From Eledone cirrhosa (Eukaryota): a DNA stretch of 64,000 bases. The notes beneath the pieces are model-generated. The model was not told where the DNA came from, did no database searches, and saw only the letters and a program-made list of their open reading frames with translations. Positions 46,280 to 58,913 of the stretch are shown piece by piece. The translations under genes were made by a program, and so were the position numbers. The stretch spans positions 248,558,001-248,622,000 of the forward strand of contig OZ024743.1 of NCBI GenBank assembly GCA_964016885.1. Reading direction: 5' to 3'. Each line of letters begins with the position of its first letter. The stretch's first letter is position 1.

Positions 46280-47127
46280 CAGTGTCTATAAAGTTTCTTT
46301 ATAATTTGAAAAATATATTACAAAGGCAATTGATGAGATATCTTAATCAGATTTGTTCTATGTACTCAGTATTTATCAAAGTTTTTAATCAAACTGCATT
46401 TGTGCATTTCTGGTATTCTGTTGATGAAAGATCTACTGTTAAATGAACCCCTAAAAAATGGCTACTCCTCAAGAAAAGGCACAATGTGTGTCATGGTTTA
46501 TTGAAACAAAATCGGATACACAGACTCAGTAAAACTACAGAACTACGTATGGAAGGGATCCACCGTGTGGTGAGGCATTATGTGCAATCGAATCATTGGT
46601 CCATTTTTCTTCAACGAGACATCAATTACTGCAAATGTTTACCTTGACCTTTTGACTGAATATGTGGCACCACAACTAGAGGACCTTCAACCAACATCAT
46701 TTTCCAGCAAGATGCTGCACCACCACATTGGTGACTGCATGTTTGTGGGTTCCTAAATCAAACATTTCCAGACGGGTGGATTGGAAGGGATGGCCCAGTT
46801 CCCTGACCACCTAGTTCATCAGATATCACTCCCTTGGATTTCTTTATGTTAAAGATATTGTGTATCGAACAAAGATACGGGACACCACTGATCTAAAGCA
46901 AAAGATCACTGATGCCATTGCCCCCATTGATGAGGCTATGCTACAGCAAACATGGCAAGAAATCGAGTACCGTCTTGATGTGCTTCGCGCAACTAATGAT
47001 GCCCATATAGAGTTAAAAAAAAAAACAATATCTACTCCTCATTTTGTAACAATTTTCACATATTTGTCTTTTCATTTGCTTTTGTAATAATTTTTTTAAA
47101 TTGTAAAGAGACTTTATGGACACCCTG
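46280..47127 (+). mobile_element. Internally deleted Tc1/mariner transposon (transposase pseudogene)
   Basis: TA-flanked TIRs (cagtgtctataaagtttcttta / taaagagactttatggacaccctg). Remnants MATPQEKAQCVSWFIETKS, FQQDAAPPH, WIGRDGP, DITPLDF and YRTKIRD..LKQKI..TWQEIEYRLDVLRATN. Confidence 0.85.
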
Positions 47128-49104
47128 TATATATCTAACAGTATATATAAAAGAAAAGCAAGTTCAGATCTATAACTATTGTACATGCTTTACACCATAT
47201 AGTCATCCAGAACAGAGTTTCATTCCCCAAGCCCCAGTAATAAATCTTTTGCCCTAATATTCTCATAAAAATTGTAACGTTCAGAAATTTTTTCCCTGTT
47301 CACATTTTCCAAGTATTCAAGCTAAACCTATAGAGATTCAAGCGGAACACCAACCATATCAGCCTTACCAATATGAGAGAGCCTCTACGACTAATGGTCC
47401 TGCCTCATCCAACTCAATAACATCATTTACTCTTTAACAGTTTTCAGTCATTAGATTGCAGCCATACTAGGGCACCACCCTGATGAGATTTTGTAGAATT
47501 GTTCGACTACAGTACTTATTCTTTTAATCTTCTTTCGTTCAACCCCCAATGACAGGACATGGGAGCACACACAAGAATATATATATATATATATATCCAT
47601 GGAGTGTGGTGTTCCAGGTAAGTGCTCGACTAGGTAGGAGCTATGTATCCAGGGAGTGTGGTGTTCCAGGTACACACATTCATACATACATGATTTCTAT
47701 CTAACACATTTCCATCACAAAGTATTGGGCAACCTGAGTCTGTAGTAGAAAGCACTTACCCAAGGTGCCATACAGTAGAATTGAACCAGAAGTTACATGG
47801 CTGCAAAATGAATTATCATTGGTATTTGGATGATGATGATGGCTAACAGTCAGTGGAGCGACAAACAAAATGCTCTGTGGAATTTAATTATGTGCTTTTA
47901 CATTCTAAGTTCAAATCCTCTAAAGCCAACTTTGCCTTTCAGTTTCCTGTGATTGATAAAATGGACACTAATCAAGTAGTGATGTAAATTTAACCTTGTA
48001 ACACCTATGGTTAATAATTCTGGATGCTTCAAATAATATGCTGTGATTGGAAGGAAACAACAACATTGAAAGCTTCGATTATCTCTAAGGATTCTTTATG
48101 TTTGAAAAACATTATTACATGAAGAAATATAATATTTGACAGTTGCTCTTTGTTGCTCTAGTCTTTTCATAATTTCAGTAATTGAACTGCTGTTATGCTG
48201 GGAAATTGCTTTCAAATACAATAAAAGCAGAATTTTGAAATGGTGCAGAAATATTGACATTTGAATTGTGTGTGTGCGTGTGTGTGTAAAACCACTATTT
48301 ACATTGAACTAGATAATTTGCATTAATGAATGAATGATCAAAGGATCCCTTAGCAGATGGTGTATGGTGAGCATTTTAGTGGAAAGTGCTCTCATCACAA
48401 GCCAAAGCTGCAGTTTAAGGATTGTGTAAAGAAAATTACTAGGCCTGTATTTTCTACTATACAGTCCACACTCACCCACATAAAATCATGTTACAGATTA
48501 TAACACCATACAACCATCTCCACTGCTATGCAGAAATATATATTTAGCAATTAATTTAATCATTACTGGAAATTATTACATGTTTAAGTTAATTAGACAA
48601 ATTTGTATATAACCGTTCCCATTCTAGGTGGCTGCCAAGTTGGCCTTAATAATAGCGTCAGCCTTGCCCATTAAGACACATATGGATATCACAACTTTCT
48701 ACTTCCTTTATTTAAAACACCACCCAAACACTATTGTTAGGTATGAAACAATACATTCTGGCTATAAATATTATTTAGTGACAGATGTTTCTACATTTAA
48801 ATCATTAAAGATTTCCCACATGTAGATATATCGACAAGAGCTTACTTTTAATAATCAATCATACATGTATTCACACGTGTGCGTGTGTGCGTGTGTATAT
48901 ATAATGACACAGGACTGGGATCTCTGGCTTTATGCAGTAATACAGAAGACCTGCCCTGCCTTCAACCCCCATCCATACTATTCCTACGTCCTAAAACCCA
49001 CCCATGCCTTAACACTCCACCCACATCATAACACCCCACCTCTTGCTCATGTTCCTAGATCTACTTCACCACTCCCTATGCACCTCCTCCACCCAAGTCC
49101 TCCA

Positions 49105-49510
49105 GCCCACACTCTAAAGCGGTCGTTTTGGTACCACGACAAAAAGCACCCAGCCCAAACTGTAAAGTGGTCATGTTGGTGACACAACAAAAACGTCCAG
49201 CCAACACAGTAAAGTGGTTGTGTTGGTGACACAACAAAAAGTACCAAGTCAACATTGTAAAGTGGTTGCATAGGTGTCATGACAAAAACGTCCAGCCCAC
49301 ACTGTAAAGTGGGCATGTAGGTGTCACGGCAAAAAGCACGCAGTGCACACTGTAAATATGGTTGGCGTTAAGAAGGGCACCCAGCCATAGAAACCAAGCC
49401 AAAATCAGTTTTGAATGTGAAAGACATGGTCGTCTAACCTGGCTTGTCTCTTAGTGGGGCAACTTATATGCTAATATGGAAAAATGGACATTAAACAGTG
49501 ATGATGATGA
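49105..49510 (+). repeat. RTE-type 3' UTR with about 6 tandem ~39-bp units
   Basis: cccacactgtaaagtgg..ggtg.cac.acaaaaagcacc.agc repeats, then ggcgttaagaagggca and (gat)n. Confidence 0.7.
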
Positions 49511-51489
49511 TTGGAGTTATACTAACATGTACATAAATGTGTATGTACATATACATATATTTGTACTTTATATATATATATATATATATATAAACATCTC
49601 ATACAAAAAAGAAAATTGATTTCGCGAAATACTATATTGTCCAATTGACGTCATTCACATGGAAAGTGAAGTAACCATCGAAAAACACTTAAAATCAAAA
49701 TTTTATCCTAAAGTGTGGAAATTGGAATGTTATCCACTGAAGGTTCCTTAAACCCTGATGAAGGGACTTTTAGGTCCCGAAATATTGGACAGATAAAAAA
49801 ACAACAAAACAAAGATTACCAGGTAACTTTTAATTTCCATTACCTCATCTTATAGTCCATTTTGCATTGTTTGGCCTTCTATCTCTTTCAATGTAGAGTA
49901 ATCTGTGGAGCATTTAAGGATTAAAGAAGCTTTAATCATTCACACACAGAAGCCACAAATAAACAATAGAACAGACCTACATGGAGCAGAGTGGCTTCTA
50001 TGACTGCTCCATGCATGCACAATCCACACACTCAGGAAGAACACATTGTTTTTTATTTGCAATTGATAAGAAGGTTCTAACCTTGAAATATGTTGAAATA
50101 TACTGGGTTAAAAAACATTATTTTGTTGTTTTATTTGCATTTCTGAAGTTCTCATCAATTATTACCCATCTCAGGCTTGCACTGCTCTCACAAGTTATTC
50201 TCCTACACCTAATTTCTTAATGACCACCAAATTACAGATCATTGTACTCTTGTAGTTGTTTGACCAAGAAGAAGGCATCTGTAGTACTCCTTCTTGGCAC
50301 AAAACTAAACTGCATCTCATCTAGCTTAACTTGTTTTCCTAATTACCTGCACTAGAACTCTTTCTGTCACTTTCATAACTTGGTCCATTGATTTTATGTC
50401 CCTATATTTGCTCCTTCCTAGTCCTAGTGCATCACCTTGTATGTGTGTGTGAACACTTCCACACCCTGTAAAATAAATGGTGTTAGGAATGGCTTCCAGT
50501 CGTAGAAACCAAGCCAACGAATGTTGGGAGGCCCCTCCTGTCATGACATAACAACCTCTATAGTGCTGATCCCACAATAAAATACACCCACTATGTAGTG
50601 AGGTTAGTGATAAGAAGTCTATCTAGTTGTAGACACTATGCCAAAAAAAGTCTCAAAAGGACTCTTCAGTTGTGTCAAAGACATGACAACCTCTCTAGTG
50701 TTGGTGACAAGATAAAAGTACACACTATATTCTGTAAAGTGGTTGGTGATAGGATCCAGCTATAGAAAACCTGTCAAGCAAGGGGTTTGGAAGATTCTTC
50801 AGCTGTGTCAAACAAATGACAGCCTCCCTAGTGCACTCTGTAGAGTGTGTGATATGTAAACAAAATGAGAGGTCAGTAGCTCTGATTAAGTACTGCTTTG
50901 GTCTGTGATGACTCATCCAACCCCTGTTAGCAGAGAAAATGGATGTTAAATGATGATGATGATGATGTGTGTTAATATGTGTGTGTATATATATATAGGG
51001 CGACATATATTATAATCTCTATTACTATATGGAAATTAAATGGTTGCTTTTTTCCAGTATAGTTGCAGTGTATCAACAATGGGCAGCATTTGAAGTCAGA
51101 ACAATGACTCATCAAACTAAATAACAGAAGGCATTATATGAGGTGGTCTATTTATATTGCCAACTTTGTTTTTATATGTGAAGACATGTAGCATACTGGC
51201 TAGAGTGTTCGGCTCACAATCATAAGATTGGGAGTTCAATTCCTTGCTGCTTGTTGTTCCTTCAGTACTACACTTTATTTCACCTTGCTTCAGTCCACTC
51301 ATATATACAACCCACTATTGCAGTTGGTATATACATATGTGTGTGTGTGTTGTTTTTGTTTAGTCTCAGGCCAGTGCTGATAAATCTGACCTATGGTCAA
51401 AGGTGATCCAACCATGACCAACCCATTAATTTTTGAACCCAGGAATATATTGATATCTTTTTTCCTGTTGGTTGTATGAGATTTATTAT

Positions 51490-52010
51490 TATTTTGCTTT
51501 TCATCCTTAAGGGGTCGGTAAAATAAAGTACCAGTAATGCCTTGTGCCTAAAGTAGAAACAATTATTATTATTATTACTACTAAAGGACGGTGAATTGGC
51601 AGTATCGGTAGAGGGTTGGACGCTATGCTTTCTAGCATAGTTACGTCCCTTTACAGTCTGAGTTCAAATCCCGCCGAGGTTAACTTTGCCTTTCATCCTT
51701 ACGAGGTCGATAAAATAAAGTACCAGTAATGTACTGGGTATTTGCTGGCCTTGTGCCTAAAGTAGAAACAATTATTATTACTACTATTTATTATTATTAT
51801 TACTACTATAGGGCGGTGGATTGGCAGTATCGGTAGAGGGTCGGACACCATGCTTTGACACAGAGTTACGGCCCTTGTCATTCTGAGTTCAAATCCCACC
51901 GAGGTTAACTTTGCCTTTCATCCATACGGGGGTCGATAAAATAAAGTACCAGTAATGTACTGGGTATTTGCTGGCCTTGTACCAAAAGTAGAAACAATTA
52001 TTATTACTAC
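51490..52010 (+). mobile_element. Head-to-tail array of three tRNA-derived SINEs (the first partial)
   Basis: Repeated gagttcaaatcc..taactttgcctttcatcc..ggtcgataaaataaagtaccag..gccttgtgcctaaagtagaaac-(att)n. Confidence 0.85.
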
Positions 52011-52321
52011 TATTTTTTACTGTTTTGTCAGAGGAGGAAGAGTAATGTCCAAGGCTATTTTCAGAACTTTCTAGGCAAGTAGGGGCAGGGCCTCCAAGAG
52101 AAACTTTGCAAGAGGGTACAAGACCTCTTTTGGGCCCGAAGCAGGCAAAGACTTCTCTCAAAATGGATGTTTCATGGTTGCTGTGGGGCCTTCTTAGCTC
52201 TTGGGTCCCAGAACAATGTACCAGCTGGATCCCCCACTCATAGGCCCTGGGTAGGGGTGAGGGATGAAGGTATCTTCAAACTGGAGACCTGGTACAAATC
52301 ACTAAGGGCCAGGTGGTGGTG

Positions 52322-52530
52322 TTAACCCTTTAGCATTTGCATTACTCTATATATACTATAATATTTTATGGTAAAGGCTTTTTCTCACATAATTATCTCA
52401 CATAATATCGAATCTATGAGATTTTGAGATTATTTAACATCAGTATCAGCAGCCGATTACAGCCGGTTTGAACAGATAAAGGTGTGAGAATTCTGGTCGG
52501 ATACAGCCGATTTAAATGCTAAAGGGTTAA
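52322..52530. mobile_element. TTAA-flanked piggyBac-type MITE, copy 2
   Basis: TTAA-CCCTTTAGCATTT ... AAATGCTAAAGGG-TTAA. Confidence 0.7.
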
Positions 52531-53536
52531 ACTGAATAATGGATTAAGTCTACCACACAAGTGAGTCACATTGGGATTTGAACTCAGAACACAAAGGACT
52601 AGAACAAATATTGCAAGGTTTCTTCTCAAACAATTTCACCAATCCAATGTTTTGGATTAGTACTTTATTTTACCAACCCAGAACAAATACCACAAAGCTC
52701 TAATCCTATGCTCTAACAACTGCCAATTGACTTCTGATTTAAGAGAGATTTCACTGGTATTTCTAGAAAGTAGAGCAACCACATAGTGGAGGCATGGGAA
52801 AAGTTATTTCTAGCCATTGGCTTTAAGATATTGCTCATCATAAATATTATGTAGCACAAACTACATTATATGTTAAACTGTAAATAATTCACGCAATCAC
52901 CTAGCTTGAACTAAACTTAGACTGCAAGAAAGACTAAAATATATATATAGTGAGAGAGAGACCAAATTGTTTAAGAAGCAGAACCTTATGATGGAGATGA
53001 CAAAGGACTGCGAGGATTGGTGACATGATGTACTGGAAAAGACCTGCCTACCAACATAAAATGTGAGGTGACCAATCCATGTGAACCCCCCACCTACCTA
53101 TAGTAACTATCCTCACCATCATTTTAAACCCCACCCTCACTAACTCTACGCCATTTAAGTCCTAATATAGCAGTTATAACTTCTTAGTCCCTTGATAGAA
53201 AGAATGAGAGGAGTAACAAGTAACAATACCCTTCCACCCCACACACAGCAATACAAGAACAAAATAAGATTAAAATCAACTGAAGTCGATACTTACACAC
53301 ATGAATACAAATGACAAACATACAAAGAAAAAACCATTGACACACTTACAAACCATATACATGCACACACACACATATTACCTACATACTACAGAGACAC
53401 CTACAAACCGCATATTTGTACATACACACATTACCTACATACTACACACAGACACCTACACACCAGATATATGCACACCCACATTAACAACAAATCACAT
53501 ACATGCAAACACACACACCTACGGAGACTTATAAAC

Positions 53537-53538
53537 CG

Positions 53539-53597
<59 letters not shown>
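53537..53597. repeat. (CG)n(CA)n microsatellite
   Basis: Read directly from the sequence. Confidence 0.95.
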
Positions 53598-53600
<3 letters not shown>

Positions 53601-53759
53601 TAAATATTATTAGAACCGGCACCACATATCAATTCAGCAGTAAGAAGTCTAATCCCCATAAATCACTGAGCAGCAAAATTAAATCCTGCAATCTGACTAA
53701 ATACAGAGAAGGAAATTTATTAAGAGATAAACCAACATGAAAACAAGAAAAGGAGCCTT

Positions 53760-54232
53760 CAAGAGATGAAAGGCATCTGGATACCATGGGAGAGGGAAAT
53801 GATACCCAGCGTGAATGCTGATATGTAGCTGCATGGTAGTGAGTACAAAGGATATGCAAAAGCTAGAGAGAAATGACGTGATCATGCTTCAATTGATGTG
53901 TGATGTGAAAGTGCATGAACAATGAAGCATAGATGAGCAGAGTGAAAAATTGGATATAAGAGAAATTAGATGTAGTGTGGAAGTATGGACATATGATGCA
54001 TATGGATAATGATCATTGGATGAAGAAGTGCCAAGAGATCCCAGTGGAAGGAAGCTGCAGTAGAGGAAGACAAAAAAAATCTGGGCAGAAGTTGTGAGAG
54101 TTGATCCCAAAATACTGAACCTTACAGAGGAGATGGCAAAGAAATGCCATTTGTGCATGTAAGATATGCTGGAACATGCTTGGTCAACTCATGCTAACAT
54201 AGAGAAGTGGGCATAAAATGATGATGATGATG
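53760..54232 (+). pseudogene. Highly decayed RTE 3' fragment
   Basis: atgaaaggca..gcatggtagtgag..gctagagagaaatga..gtatggacat..catgctaacat..(gat)n. Confidence 0.6.
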
Positions 54233-55454
54233 GCCTGCAACCAACATTTCCACAACAAAGTAAAATGGATGAAATTATGATTACATCATTAACAGCAATA
54301 ACAACAGAATTAATCAACAAGTGAGAAACAAAGATACCCTGACTGTATTGATAGAATTGTTATGACTTTACAGTTTCAACACAGACACAAACACAAACAC
54401 ACAAAAATAAACAATATTATCAGAGCATATGGTGCAGTACAACTGGATATAGAAAAAAACATATGTTCTTAAATTACCAACAAAGTATGCCATATTTTTT
54501 TAAGAAAGTCAACAATATTGATTATCCATACATTAGAAGAAAATTAGGGAATAATAGTAGCAATAATAATAACACCCATAGGATTACTGATAGTGGTAAT
54601 AACAAATTTGGTTCTAGTCCTAGTCAGAACCTCAATCTGCCCACTCTCACCACCATCACACTATAATGCTGATAATAGTATTGCCACATAATCTCTTATA
54701 ATTTCTCTGATAAATTATATAATATGAAACATATATGCCCTAATAACCTACTATTCAATAAAATAGTTTGTATCCTGCCATATGTTAAGAGGAAAGAGAA
54801 GCAAAAATCACACTATCTAAAAGGAAACTTAGATTCTAAGGCAATATGGTAGAAAATAGTGATGAGAGCTCACCAACATGATATTGGAATCATAAATGAC
54901 CCACAAAAGCTATAGCATGCTTTCCCATAGATATGTCTGGCTGAATATCTAGACAGTTTGCTGAACTATGACTAGTTAAGGCAACCACATATTAATGAAA
55001 GAAAATGAAAGAAATGACACCACAGGAGTATGGGGAGACAGAAAATCTTAATGTCCATATGTGAATATTGCATAACATCCACCATTAGAGAAAACGGACA
55101 GCAAACAACACCCGAGTCACCAACAATGACATACTTGTATTGATTGACTTACAAATGATCACAAACAATGTTTTGTGATATTGATACCAGTGAGCTGGAA
55201 TATCGACCCCATAAGGATGAAAAGCAAAGTTAACCTTGGCAGGATTTGAACTCAGAACGTAAAGGGGCATAACTTAATGCCACAATGCATAAAGAACAAT
55301 GCTCTAACATTGGATAAAAACTAACGTAATGAAAACCCAAACAATACAACTCACAATAAACACATACACACACACATGCATGCACACACACACAGATAAT
55401 TGCTAAGATACTGAAATCTTCTGGTGAAGTAGGAGTAAAGTTAGTCACCCACGT

Positions 55455-56460
55455 AGACAATCAGGTAATACATGCTGGTGTCATACCCAATGACTGATGT
55501 AGCAGTATAATCATTAAATGTTACTAGCAGAAAAACCACCCTTCGGGTGGTTTTCTGCTAGCATGTGTAGTGTGTATATTGATATTATACGCAAGTATAT
55601 ATACATGTAGATATGATACATCAAATAAAATCGTAATTGACGATATACACAGAAATTGAATGAAGAAGACTGCATTACATTGTCTTATGTAATCAGTAAC
55701 GTAATCCATGATACAGTAAAAAAGACGATATAATATATAAACTGCATTAGGAGAACATTCGCGACGGAAATATATGAATGTTTATTTAAGTGATCGCTAA
55801 CTGGAAGTGTTGACATTTGAAAAATATAAAGAAGTGAATCTTAAAATAAGCCACAAAATTATTTATATTTAATCGAGAATAACGAAATTTAGTAGATAAA
55901 TTATGTAATATTCATTCATTATTTATTCAAAGTAATCCAACTTATTTTACAAACGGGGAAAAAAAAAATATTCTGGACGCAGTTCCGCGCTCCTTACTTT
56001 ATTATAGTTTAGACAAGAGAAAAGAGGATGCTCTAGAAAAGAGCAAGTACAGAGAATATAAAATTAATGAAAGTGACAGAAAAGGCTTTAGTGCAACTAG
56101 TTAAGGGATTAATCAAATTAAATGAAATGCAATTAGGTTTTTTTCCAAGAAGGAGCACCACAGATGCCCTCTTCCTAATGAGACAACTAATCTAGCTTTT
56201 GTTGGTCTAGTGAAAGCCTTTTCATAGAGTACCATGATATGTCATCTGGTGGTCTTTAAGTAACCTAGGCATTGAAAAGTGACTTATGAGAGCAGTGCTA
56301 TGTACAGAGCAACTGTCAGTAAAGGGAGAGTGGGAAGAGAGTTTAGTGAAGAAAACAATGTGCAGGTAGGTGTTCGTCCAGCATTATACTCCTTCAGGCT
56401 ATGCATAGGAACTCCTGCATGCTGATAATCTGGTTCATATTGCTGAATCCATGGAAGACG
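55455..56460 (+). pseudogene. Decayed RTE RT fragment split by a Helitron
   Basis: IPND*CSSIIIKC|YK..DALE..Y...KLM..MQLGF..STTDALFL continues across 55523/56014. Confidence 0.7.
55524..56013 (-). mobile_element. Non-autonomous Helitron
   Basis: On the minus strand it starts TCTAAACTATAATAAAAG and ends with the hairpin ccacccgaagggtgg + CTAG^T. There is no TSD, and it cleanly interrupts the RTE codons tgt ta|c aag. Confidence 0.72.
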
Positions 56461-56554
56461 TAGACGTAGGAATGTTTGTATTCATGTATGTATATAAAAT
56501 AAATATTATATATATATATATATACTCTCACACACAAACTTGTGTGTATGTGTA

Positions 56555-56920
56555 AAGAGGTTGTTTTGGTGCCACAACAAAAACTGCCCAATCCACAGTG
56601 TAAAGTGGTTGTGTTGGTGTCATGACAAAAAGCACCCAGTCCACACAGTAAAGTGGATTTGTTGGTGCCATGACAAAAAAAAAAGCACCCAATCCACACT
56701 ATAAAGTGGTAATTTTGGTGTCATGCTATAAAGCACACAGACCACACTGTAAATGTGGTAGGTACTAAGAAGGGCATCTGTCTGTAGAAACCAAACCAGA
56801 ATCAGTTCTGTATGAACAAGACACAATCATCTGATCTGACTTGTCTCACAATGGGACAACTCGTCTAACCCATGCTAGTGTGGAAAAATGAATATTAAAC
56901 ATTGATCAGGATGATGATGA
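56555..56920 (+). repeat. RTE-type 3' UTR with about 5 tandem ~39-bp units
   Basis: Same unit as 49105-49510, ending cccatgctagtgtggaaaaatg..(gat)n. Confidence 0.7.
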
Positions 56921-57491
56921 CACATCTGTCTCTTTCTCTATACAATTATTATGTGCACTGTACTTAACCTGCTACTCTTAAACCATTTCAGTTGCTCTGG
57001 CATGCTTTACATGCTTAAGTGCTGCTCTTATCTGAGAGCATTAATTGCATTAAATATCCATCTACTTTCCTTTTTCACCCTTTATCATATCAGATATGAT
57101 TCTCCCAAATTTCCTTTCTGTGATTAATTGTACCATATCAAATTGATCAAGTCATGGGAAGATAGTGGTTGAAAATCGATAATGTACATCTGGATTTTTA
57201 TCTTCTATCATTCTTCACTGCTAGCCAACAATTTCCCCTACCAGAAAGAAAGAGAAAAAAAAAAAACTATTGTATTTCACTGCTTATTAGACACATTCTT
57301 TCCCCAATAAGATGTCTCTGAAAACTACTCTGCATTTTATAAGCAGAAAATCAGTGATTTGAGTTATAAGTTTGGAATGAGGATTTCAAGCTAAAATAAG
57401 GAGTTCAACAGGTGAACACTAGGCCTAGTGTATATTTTAACGTACCAGTAAATAAAAAATAACCTCAATTCTATATCCAAAATTATATATA

Positions 57492-58269
57492 CAGTGATAC
57501 CTCACAGTAAGAGTTTAATTTGTTCCATGACTGAGCTCGTTTTATGATTTACTCGTTTTACAAATCAATTTTCCTCATTTAAATTAATTAAAATATACTT
57601 AATCCATTCCAGCCTCCCCAAACCACCCAAAAATCTTTTTTTATGGGTTTTAAAACAGAAAAGGGGCAGTTACAAGGAAAATAACAATTATAAAAGATAA
57701 TAAAAGAGAATGTAAAAGAAATAGGCAAATTGGTTTTATTAATTTCGAGGACAGATGTGCATTGCTTGGAGTGCCTGGAGACACCCTTTGCAGCTGTAAT
57801 GGCCTTGATCTCATCCTTTTTTTTCAGGATGGTGCAGATCGTCAACATGCTTCGGTCGTATTGACGTGCTATGTCCACTACACACACTCCTCTTTCATGT
57901 TTATCAATGATTTCTTTCTTCAATTTTATCACAATCAGCTTTTTTCTTCTTGTTCTTTGCATTAACCTTCTCAGGATCCATGGCTAACACAACTAATTAT
58001 TATAAAATGATAGCAAAAGATGCACAAAACTAAAAAAAAAAAAATACTGGGAAAAATACAATAGGGATGCTGCCTGAACGAGATAAATATGTGAACTGAG
58101 CGAGCAGAGGCTGTGCTTGTTGGGAGAGTGTGTGTGAGCTCAGCGTCAACTAGCGGTTAAGCGGTGCTGCAGATTTACACTCACACTATGAGACAAAAAT
58201 TTGCACAAGCCTCGGCTTGTGCAGCAAATTACTCATACAATGGGGCACTCGTACTTCGAGGTTCTACTG
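57492..58269 (-). mobile_element. Tigger/pogo-type deletion derivative with a CENP-B-like N-terminal HTH remnant
   Basis: TA-flanked TIRs cagtgatacctc / gaggttctactg. Translation gives KKEIIDKHERGVCVVDIARQYDRSMLTICTILKKKDEIKAITAAKGV. Confidence 0.8.
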
Positions 58270-58719
58270 TATTTGATTTAAATTTAGTACTCCATTCTGG
58301 TTTGTGATTAATTCATTACAATTAGTGAGGATTTCAAACTGAACTAAAGTTAGGTTTCAGTGGAGTGAATATTACTTTGTATTAGACACTTATAATTTCA
58401 TTTTCTGATTATTACTTTCTAAATTCAGATGTCTCTAATAGAATGAAGCATCTTATAAGCTGCAAAATGTGGTAGCATTTCCCTCCATGTTGTTGATATT
58501 GCTGCCAATGCTTTTGTGAATGCTTTTAGTGTTTTAATATTGTTGCTATCTTAAAGTGGTAGAGAGAGGTTAAATGCATTGTGACATTTTGTTGTCTCTT
58601 CCCATTCAGAGTTCAACTTAAAGTCTGTCTTAAACCGGAAAGCTCCTCAGGCTAGTTTCCAAGGCATTAAGAAACTGAGAGTACAAGACTTACCACTAGG
58701 CCACTCATTATTTTACATT

Positions 58720-58913
58720 AATGGCAGTGAATTGGCAGTATCGGTAGAGGGTCGGACGCCATGCTTTGATGCATAGAGTTACGGCCCTTGCCATTCTGAG
58801 TTCAAATCCTGCTGAGGTTAACTTTGCCTTTCATCCTTACGGGGTCGATAAAATAAAGTACCAGTAATGCACTGGGTAATTGCTGGCCTTGTGCCAAAAA
58901 GTAGAAACAATTA
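58720..58913 (+). mobile_element. tRNA-derived SINE
   Basis: Near-identical to 51810-52010. Confidence 0.85.
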
